From: Thraustochytrium aureum
Taxonomy: Eukaryota
Length of the DNA: 64,000 nt
Direction of reading: 5' to 3'
Assembly: GCA_012862495.1 (NCBI GenBank)
Contig: BLSG01000375.1
Span: 1 to 64,000 of the forward strand
The notes below the pieces were generated by a model. The model made no database searches, had not been told where the DNA came from, and worked only from the letters and a program-made list of their open reading frames with translations. Position 1 is the stretch's first letter; each line of letters begins with the position of its first letter. Made by a program: the position numbers and the translations under genes. Below are positions 55,667 to 64,000 of the stretch, piece after piece.

Positions 55667-58600
55667 TCAGCGCGCGGCTGCGCGGCGTCGCGCGTCCGCA
55701 AGAAGCGTGCCAAGCGACTGCTCGCGCTCGAGGTCTACGGCCGACGCGAGGTCCGCTGGGTTTTTGTTGTGCCGCGACTTGCGGTCCAGCTCGGCCACCA
55801 GCTCGGCCGGGGCTAGGACCCGCTCCAGGCGCGCAAGCAGGGCTGGGACGAGCGCGTAACGGCCGACGTTGTGCACCGCGGCGAAGAGCGGGCTTCGCTG
55901 CTGAAGGTCCGGCTCGCACAGGAACGCCTTGAGCTCGGCTGGCTCGAGCATGGCGTCCGCCTGGCCGAGCAGAGTGCGGATGGTCGCCTCCGACGTCGTC
56001 GGCCTGCTCATTGCAAAGTTGAGCAGGCTTTTTCGCGTCCGGTGAAACTCGTGGCAGCACATGCCACGAAGGAGCGCTGTGCGCGACAAAAGCCCCCTTT
56101 CATGCATATCCGCGAGTCGCGAGCACAGCCCCACGAGCGCCTCGTTGTCGCCATTGCCGACAGCCTGAAGCATAAAGCACACTCTGTCCTTGGGTTTGAC
56201 TGGCGAGGTGCATTGAAGGGCGAGCTCGTCCACGGTGGCCGGATCGAGGACGCCGTCTTTTGCGAACGCCTCGAGCGGGTCAAAGTAGTTTAGCGCGAGC
56301 CTAGCCCAGGCCCCAGAGCCCGGCTCCTTGCTCTCTTGGCGAAAGCTCGCTGCCGCCGCAAACAGCTTTGCTTTCCTTGCACCGCCTGGGCTCAGAGGCG
56401 CTTGTGGTGGCTGCGCGCCGGGGCCCGTGCTGGGCCTGTCCCGGCCCTGTGCTGGGGGCGAGGCGACCCTATGATCAACTCCACGACTTGATTGCTTGCG
56501 GCCATCCCCTCGACGTGCGTTTCAGCGGCTCGGCCCCGCCGGGGCCCAGGACCCGCCGCCCCCCCTTGACGCCGAGCCACAGGATCAGCAGCGCCCCCTT
56601 GAGGCTTGGTCCCTGGGCTTCGCTCGACATTGGCGCGCCGCGCTGACGCAGCATGGCGCGACCCGCCGGGCTCTGACCCGTCTGCTTTGCTGCTGGGAAC
56701 GCCACCAGCCTTGAGCACGTCGTAAACCCTCTTGTTCCGGGCGCGGTCAAGCGCAGTGAGGCCTTCCGCGTCGCGCAGCGCCAAGAAGGACGCGGCCCGC
56801 TCAACGGTGAGCGACTCTCGAACCACGTCCAGGACTTTGGTCGAACAGACAGCAGAACATTGCTCGGCGGCACAGTGAACGATCGTCTTGCCATACCGGT
56901 CGGTGGCGGTGAGAAACAGCTCGAACGGCAGCCCGCCCTCAGTGGCGACGCGCCGGATGTACTCCACTAGCCAGAGAAGCGTTTTTACGTGCAGCAGAAT
57001 GCTGACGGCATAGACCAGGAGGGGCGCGGCGTATTTGTGGTTGCGGAGCCCTGCGAGCGTCGTAGCGCGCTCCGCAGGAGTGACCACGCCGGCCTTGACC
57101 TTGGCGTCCAACTCGCCAAAGTAGCGCTCTATCGTGGGCGCATCTTTGGAGCGGACAGCGATCAGCGGAAGTGAGATGCAGAAATTGGTCTCGCGCTGGC
57201 AGCACCGCCACGTAAGCTCTTTGTGGAGATCGGGGCTCACAAGGCCCTGTGCCACGCCTTTTGCGAGCAAGGCAAAGTACTGGACGAGGATGCTTTCTTT
57301 GAGTTGCGGGTACGTCGTGTCGAACGAGCTTGCGAGGAGGAACAGGTCATCCAGCAGCGAGGCAACAAGCTGCTCCTGCGCCACCATGTCGACCTGCTCT
57401 GAGCGCAACCCCAACCGTCAGCGCGCGCCGGAGCGCTCTGGCCGGGCCGCGCCAGCAGCTCGCTCTTTGCCAGCGACGCCAGCCCCAGTATCTTGCACCA
57501 AGGTGGGCGCACGAGATTTCAAGTCCACAGCGACAGCGGCCGCGCGTCCCCGATGCGATCAGGCCGTGCTCGATGTCCTCGCGCCCGCTGCAGGCGTGGC
57601 CGATGCAGCTGCTGCTGCTGCAGGTCAGTGAGAGCCTTTCCGCGTTTCCTGCACAGTGGCTTGCTCTTCTGCGATTCCAATTTCGGTCGCGGAGCTGTTC
57701 GTTGTGTTCTGTGTCCGGCGGACGAGCTTGTGATGCTCGTGCAAGTACGCGCCTCCGGGCACGCGGAGGTNNNNNNNNNNNNNNNNNNNNNNNNNNNNNN
57801 NNNNNNNNNNNNNNNNNNNNNNNNNNNNNNNNNNNNNNNNNNNNNNNNNNNNNNNNNNNNNNNNNNNNNNNNNNNNNNNNNNNNNNNNNNNNNNNNNNNN
57901 NNNNNNNNNNNNNNNNNNNNNNNNNNNNNNNNNNNNNNNNNNNNNNNNNNNNNNNNNNNNNNNNNNNNNNNNNNNNNNNNNNNNNNNNNNNNNNNNNNNN
58001 NNNNNNNNNNNNNNNNNNNNNNNNNNNNNNNNNNNNNNNNNNNNNNNNNNNNNNNNNNNNNNNNNNNNNNNNNNNNNNNNNNNNNNNNNNNNNNNNNNNN
58101 NNNNNNNNNNNNNNNNNNNNNNNNNNNNNNNNNNNNNNNNNNNNNNNNNNNNNNNNNNNNNNNNNNNNNNNNNNNNNNNNNNNNNNNNNNNNNNNNNNNN
58201 NNNNNNNNNNNNNNNNNNNNNNNNNNNNNNNNNNNNNNNNNNNNNNNNNNNNNNNNNNNNNNNNNNNNNNNNNNNNNNNNNNNNNNNNNNNNNNNNNNNN
58301 NNNNNNNNNNNNNNNNNNNNNNNNNNNNNNNNNNNNNNNNNNNNNNNNNNNNNNNNNNNNNNNNNNNNNNNNNNNNNNNNNNNNNNNNNNNNNNNNNNNN
58401 NNNNNNNNNNNNNNNNNNNNNNNNNNNNNNNNNNNNNNNNNNNNNNNNNNNNNNNNNNNNNNNNNNNNNNNNNNNNNNNNNNNNNNNNNNNNNNNNNNNN
58501 NNNNNNNNNNNNNNNNNNNNNNNNNNNNNNNNNNNNNNNNNNNTTGGCCGCGTTTGGCAGCGCCTTGACGGGCCCGCAGAGCCCGCGCGCCTCCGGCCTC

Positions 58601-58686
58601 AGCCGGGACGGTACGACTCTTCCACGCGGCCGCTTCTGCTGCTCCGCAGCTTGCGGCGGCGGAGCCACGGCCTCCCCGTCCAGCAT
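55667..58686 (-). CDS. Ankyrin-like repeat protein with two ankyrin-bearing modules; frameshifted, gap inside, both ends uncertain
   Basis: DRYGKTIVHCAAE, RDAEGLTALDRA, DLQQRSPLFAAV, RHNKNPADLA. ORFs 56392-57414 and 55667-56233 join by a frameshift. Candidate start MLDGEAV at 58686. Confidence 0.6.
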
Positions 58687-59103
58687 CCCGTCCCGTCAGG
58701 CGCGAAGCAAACCGTCCACGATCGGCCACCGAAACCTGACAGAACCCCTTCCACTGCGTTGGGCGACCGCAGACAACGACCACAGGCTCGTCGAGGGAAA
58801 GCGTCCGCGGTCGCGTCAAAGGTTTGACGAGTTGACCTTGGCGGAGCTGGGAGCGTTCAATTGAGAAAAAAAACCAACGAGCTGCTGGCCCAGGAAACCA
58901 CTTGCCCTGCAACTTGCTGCAGGACAGTGGACGGCGCTGCGGCGAGCGCCAGCGCCAGCGAACGACAGCCAGCTCGCTGAAGGAAGACGTGCGCTACCTG
59001 TGGCGCGCCCAGCGCCTGCCCTGCGATGCGAGCCTGCGACCATCATGAAAACAGAAAACAGAAAAAAGAAAAAAAAACCAACGAGCGCTACCACACTTCT
59101 TGC

Positions 59104-59282
59104 TTACGCAATGTTAACAAATCTAGATAACCTATGACATCATCCGCGACCTTGCGTCATGTGCCTAGCGATCACTGATCGCTACGTCATCAAAGGCGCA
59201 CGCCGCAGTTGAGCGGAACCCATGCACACCAGGTGACGTAGCGCGGATGCGGCTCCGAGGTCTGCTGCGTCAGCACTGACTC
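59104..59282. promoter_or_regulatory. Divergent intergenic region with clustered bZIP-type motifs and a 19-bp palindrome
   Basis: TTACGCAA, ATGACATCAT, TGCGTCAT, TACGTCAT, TGACGTA, TGCGTCA; TAGCGATCA-C-TGATCGCTA at 59166-59184. Confidence 0.4.
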
Positions 59283-59769
59283 TCAACGGCTAGTTGTATT
59301 CTTGGCTGCTGGCAAGGAGCGTGCGTTGGCTTGCGTTGAGTATGCGTTGAGTGACGGCCGCGAGCACGGCCGAAGGACTCGTCGAGGCGAGCGTGCGTTT
59401 GTCCACAAACGCTTACACGCGTCGGTCGGCTGTCGCTCTCCGGCCTGGTGTTTGTTTGGTTTTCGGTCGATTCGGTCTGGAAATCCTCGCGGACGCCTTG
59501 CGAATTGTCGAGTTGATTTCATTCGACGACGACACAACCAAAGTGGCTCGGTTGCCCTATTCCCAAAGGCGATTAGCTCGGCTCTCCACGAGGCTAGCTT
59601 CAAGAACTTCAACGTCTCGCGACGACTGCAAACAGACACCAATCGCGCGCGGCCGGACTCGCACGGGCGTGCCGCGGCACGGCGAGCACGCGCTGGTTGG
59701 TTGACTCGCTGTTCAGCGCCCGCAGCAAGGCAAGCGCGAACGGTGCAGGAAGGCGAAGCGAAAGGCAGG

Positions 59770-61299
59770 ATGGCCGGCCCGCAGGTAAAAGGGTGGTTTT
59801 ACAAACTGCGGCGCTCGCACGAGACGAGCAGCTTCGCTAGGCACGTCACCAAGGCATGGAGCAAGCGCTACTTTGTGATCGTGCGCGACCGGATCAAGTG
59901 GTACCGCAGCGCAGATCCGTATTCCGGCGAGGCCCCGTGCGGGTTCGTCAACTTTCAGCAAATCCTTCGCATCCGCGTCCTCAACAGCGAGTCGCGGCTC
60001 GAGGACGTCTTCAACAGAGACGAATACGGAACGTACAGCATCGAGATCGACTCGCGTGCGCGGCGGCTAGTTATTCGAACGGCATCCCGCGAGTCCGCGA
60101 AGATTTGGGTCAGCGAGCTTCGTCGCCGGATGGAAATCTGGACGGACAGGACCGGCGCCGAGACACTTCGCGAGATCGCCAAGACGCACAGCGCAGTCGA
60201 CTCGCGCGACCACCTCGTGCAGCGAATCGACCAAACGCTCGAGCAGCTCGAGGCAGAAGGAGCCAGCGACCAGTACGGCTCCACTGCCGTGGATAGAGCG
60301 GTCCGCAGCAGCCGCTCGCTCAACACGGCCCGCTCAGACGGTTCCAGCATAGGCGAGAAAGACGCGGAGCTAGTCAGCAGCGGGGGCACAGAGTCAAAGC
60401 AGGCCGACCGGCGCCACCGAAAGGCGCCAAAGTCGACCACGCGCAAAAGCTCTAAGAGGGACGACGGCGTCACGACTGAGCAGGACCAGGAGCAAGGCGA
60501 GGGAGAGGGCCTGGAGGAAGAGGCCAAATCAGCCGAGCCGGCACCTCCTAAAAAGCGGGCCTCCACGAGAAAGGCCTCGGCGCGCCGCAGCAGCAAAGAG
60601 TCTGAGCAAGACTTCGCAGAGCACGACGAAATCCCGATTGACATCGCAGCGAGCGCCTCAACGAAAAAGGCCAAATCCAAGCGCGTTGTCAAGGTCAAGA
60701 CTAGCAAGCCTGGATCCAGTGGGGCCGAGGCGGTCTCCGGCTCGCCTGACGTGGCGCCAGAGCTCCCTGCCAAGGCGAGAAAGCTAAAGTCACGCCCGAG
60801 GTCCGCGAAGGACGACGAGCGCACGAGCAAGCCCCCCTCTGCGCGCCCCGCCAAGTGGGACACCGACTCCAACGCAGTGGCTGCTAGCAGCGACTCGGAC
60901 CTCGAGTCCAAGGCAAGCGAGGAAGCCAAAGATGACTGCAGCACGCCTCGCGCGACACCGCGCAAGCCGCGCTCTACCCGCAGCAAGGCCCCAGAGGTCG
61001 AAGCGCCCAGGCCACGGCGCAGCTCGACAAACGAGCGCGACGGTTACGATGGCGGTGCCAAGCAGGACGACCTGGAAGACGAGGACGACGACGACCTGCG
61101 CGAAACGCTCGGCCTAAGGTCTTCGCGGCAGCAAGCAGCGATTCCGCGCGAGCCCTCGGGCGCCGCCATGAGGGGGCCACGCCACGCGCCTTCGCAAAAG
61201 TCCAGCCGGAGGCCGGCGCAGCGTTCGCCAATCCCGCGCACCGCTGCGACCACTGGCAGCACGCCGGACCCGGACTGGCTCGAAGAGAACTGGGACTAG
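59770..61299 (+). CDS. PH-domain protein with long disordered charged tail
   Basis: VKGWFYK...WSKRYFVI....IKWY...GFVNF...LVIRT.S......WVSEL is a classical PH pattern. Ends PDPDWLEENWD*. Confidence 0.85.
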   Translation: MAGPQVKGWFYKLRRSHETSSFARHVTKAWSKRYFVIVRDRIKWYRSADPYSGEAPCGFVNFQQILRIRVLNSESRLEDVFNRDEYGTYSIEIDSRARRLVIRTASRESAKIWVSELRRRMEIWTDRTGAETLREIAKTHSAVDSRDHLVQRIDQTLEQLEAEGASDQYGSTAVDRAVRSSRSLNTARSDGSSIGEKDAELVSSGGTESKQADRRHRKAPKSTTRKSSKRDDGVTTEQDQEQGEGEGLEEEAKSAEPAPPKKRASTRKASARRSSKESEQDFAEHDEIPIDIAASASTKKAKSKRVVKVKTSKPGSSGAEAVSGSPDVAPELPAKARKLKSRPRSAKDDERTSKPPSARPAKWDTDSNAVAASSDSDLESKASEEAKDDCSTPRATPRKPRSTRSKAPEVEAPRPRRSSTNERDGYDGGAKQDDLEDEDDDDLRETLGLRSSRQQAAIPREPSGAAMRGPRHAPSQKSSRRPAQRSPIPRTAATTGSTPDPDWLEENWD

Positions 61300-61481
61300 G
61301 TTTGGCAAAACAAAGCGAAGCGGCAGGGATTGGATTCCCTTTGCCTCAACACGTTCGAGTGCCAAACCACACGCATTTTATAAAGAATTCAATCTCCCTT
61401 GGGCCGGCAAAGCGGGCTGGCAGGAATGTCAGCCCGCTTCGCGCAGCGGACAGCAAAGGCAAAAAGGGCACTTGTGTTCAA

Positions 61482-63399
61482 CTAAAAGCAAAATCCGTCC
61501 GAGTTTCGCATGCGATGGTTGGCAATCCACGAGCTCAGCACGGTCTTCATGTGCTGCTCCTGCTCGCTGTCTCGCCTCACGAGTCGCTCCAGCGCTTTGC
61601 CGCCGAGACGCTTTGGCTTGCGGAGCTTGCGATCAGACCTCGGTTTGGGCAGTTTCGAGCGGTACGCCCCCTTGCAAAGCCCAGAGGTCTTGGAGGGCGC
61701 GCGAGGCACAAGCCGCGCCTCGCGAGCAGCGACTTCCTTGAGGAAATCGGGCATGCCCCGAGGAAGCGCAACAGGTGATGCTTTGGCTTGCCCCAGCTCT
61801 GTGACTCCAAGCAGAAGGGTAAAGTCCGTCTGAGACTGCGCTCGGCGCGGTGCTGCTCGAGCGCCCCGAGTTGCTGAGCGGCTTGCTGAGCGGCTTTGAG
61901 ACTAGAAAGACTTGAAATCGTGGGGATGCGGACAATTGGCCCGCGGTGCTCCCATTCGCCGAGCTCGTCCACCCCGTCCAGTCCGCTGTACTCGGATCGT
62001 GCGCAGCTCAAAGGCCGGCCCTCGCTTTCGGTACTTGGCGCCAAACTGGTCTCCGAGGTATTGGCTTCGCTGCTCTGGTTGCCTGCCAATTTTGCAGCAC
62101 GGGGGGAAGGCTCGCCACGGGTCGCATTCAGGCTGCTGCTTGGCGGCCTTGATGCGCTCTTTGGCGTGCGCTCGCGCCGGGGTGCGTCAGATGAGGCCGT
62201 CTCTGGACCGTCTTGGGCTGCGGCTTGGGCCTGCGCCTCGCGCTTCTTTGCCAAATACGTGTCAAGGTAGAGCTGCATGTACTGGTGCATGTCTTCAGCT
62301 GGCGACACACTTTTGTCCACCTGGGCTTGTCCCACGGCTTGCAGGGCTGTCCGGGAAAGTTCCGAGTCGGGCAAAGACTCGGCGCCGCCGCTTGCTGGTA
62401 CTTTTCCACGATCCGAGGCGACGAGCTCTTCCTCAAGCGACGGGCGGCCGCCCGGCACTGCGCCTCCGCCAGCGTTGTCCGCCTCCTTGTCGCGCAGCGC
62501 CTGAAGCAAGAGCGCGTTTTGCGATTCTAGAGCCCTGATCTTGCTCCGCAGCTCGTGCACAAGCTGCTCGTGTTTGCTGCGGTGCACGACTGGAAAGTTG
62601 CGAACTTTCATCGTGCGCGAAGCGAATTGGAGCGTCCGTCCTGTCTCATGCACGTCCGCTTCCAGTTCGGAAACGCAGGCGATCATGGTGGCCATGCTAC
62701 TGCCGCCAAGGGATGAACACAGTAGCTTGGTCAATGCGCTGTCGCGAAACGGAGGCCGCTCGCCCGCGGCCACCGCGCGGATCACCTTGCTCAGCGTAAA
62801 GAGGCTGCGGTTGATATGCCCCGCTCGCCAGGGTCGCTGCTCTCCGTTTGTTTGAGGCGTTCCGAGCCAGCCAAGTCGCAAAAGGTCAGCTTTCCAAACG
62901 TGCCCTCCTTGGCGTTTGCGAGGTAGACGAACGTGATGCAGTGGCTGCGGTTCGACCGCGCGTTGAGCCTGTGAGCGCCGACGCGGCGCGTCACCATCGT
63001 CCTCCGAAGCAGGTCCATCGCAGCGGCCTCGCTCGCGCAGTCCACAAAAGTGGCGCCCTTGACGATAAAGCCTTTCTCGCGAGCAGACCATGTCATTTGC
63101 AGATCGTTTGTGCCGCGCCGTGTCTTTTCATTTGGAGCCTCCGCGACGCCGAGCTGTTGAAGCAAATCGGACACTCTGTCGTTGTACACCTCGACGCTAC
63201 TCACCTGCACTTTGGTTGCTGCATATGCGTTCCCGTTCGCTGATTGAATGGTGTTGAACAGGCTGCGAAGGGCGCGTCCAAAGCAGCCCGACGTCCCGTC
63301 GTCTCCGAAAACAGTGTGGGTCTTGCCTGATCCGGTTTGTCCATACGTAAATATGGTCGCCGCGTACCCGCTCAGCGCGTGTTGCACGAGGCTCGCGAT
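61482..63399 (-). CDS. KIF12: Kinesin motor protein, KIF12/kinesin-16-like; 5' end in or beyond the gap; frameshifts near 62830 and 61830
   Basis: YGQTGSGKT, W....GFIV, NARSNRSH, GKLTFCDLAGSERLK, INRSLFTL, PFRDSALTKLL.SSLGG, MIACVS, TLQFASR. The subfamily call is less certain than the kinesin call. Confidence 0.8.
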
Positions 63400-64000
63400 N
63401 NNNNNNNNNNNNNNNNNNNNNNNNNNNNNNNNNNNNNNNNNNNNNNNNNNNNNNNNNNNNNNNNNNNNNNNNNNNNNNNNNNNNNNNNNNNNNNNNNNNN
63501 NNNNNNNNNNNNNNNNNNNNNNNNNNNNNNNNNNNNNNNNNNNNNNNNNNNNNNNNNNNNNNNNNNNNNNNNNNNNNNNNNNNNNNNNNNNNNNNNNNNN
63601 NNNNNNNNNNNNNNNNNNNNNNNNNNNNNNNNNNNNNNNNNNNNNNNNNNNNNNNNNNNNNNNNNNNNNNNNNNNNNNNNNNNNNNNNNNNNNNNNNNNN
63701 NNNNNNNNNNNNNNNNNNNNNNNNNNNNNNNNNNNNNNNNNNNNNNNNNNNNNNNNNNNNNNNNNNNNNNNNNNNNNNNNNNNNNNNNNNNNNNNNNNNN
63801 NNNNNNNNNNNNNNNNNNNNNNNNNNNNNNNNNNNNNNNNNNNNNNNNNNNNNNNNNNNNNNNNNNNNNNNNNNNNNGCGAAGGAAAAGAGCGAGGAGCG
63901 GTGCAATAGTCGACTTTCGGACCGGGCGATGCACTTCGCGCAAGAGCAGTCGCGGTGAGAGCGCAGCGCGCACGCGGGGCACGGCGAGCACAGGCAGGCG

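Noticed and set aside
1..64000. tRNA, rRNA, intact transposase/RT or endogenous viral genes
   Set aside because: None was recognised by eye. tRNAscan-SE, Infernal and RepeatMasker would be needed to exclude them, and the gaps may hide such elements.

Overview
GC-rich, gene-dense eukaryotic nuclear DNA from a gapped draft assembly with 16 N-runs. Introns are sparse and short: six GT-AG introns of 77-100 nt, each with a CTRAC branch point. Gene content and style suggest a heterotrophic protist, possibly a labyrinthulomycete/thraustochytrid stramenopile; this is inference only. About 22 protein-coding genes are supported: a membrane-anchored PL4 rhamnogalacturonan lyase, a tandem-repeat membrane protein, an M13 peptidase with a mucin-like PTTAK insert, a co-oriented lipid trio (ALDH3 ending in -AKL, a nitronate-monooxygenase/FabK-like flavoprotein and a GPAT-type acyltransferase), two kinesins, CDC73, an importin-5-like protein, a CYP86-clan P450, a large Clu+TPR protein, an MFSD1-like transporter, a RING protein, a TMEM87-like 7TM protein, a glucosidase II beta-like protein, an Nma111 protease, a NUDT17-like hydrolase, an ankyrin-like protein, a PH protein and several orphans. 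Most long genes are broken by single-base indels at short homopolymers in both directions, most likely sequencing errors, so the ORF track fragments real genes. Intergenic DNA carries an array of AAAGCTA-C-TAGCTTT palindromes, AGCT/CTAG-rich gene boundaries, bZIP-type motif clusters and several local tandem duplications. No rRNA, tRNA, CRISPR array or intact mobile element was recognised. No clear-cut novel system is proven; the best leads are listed as findings.
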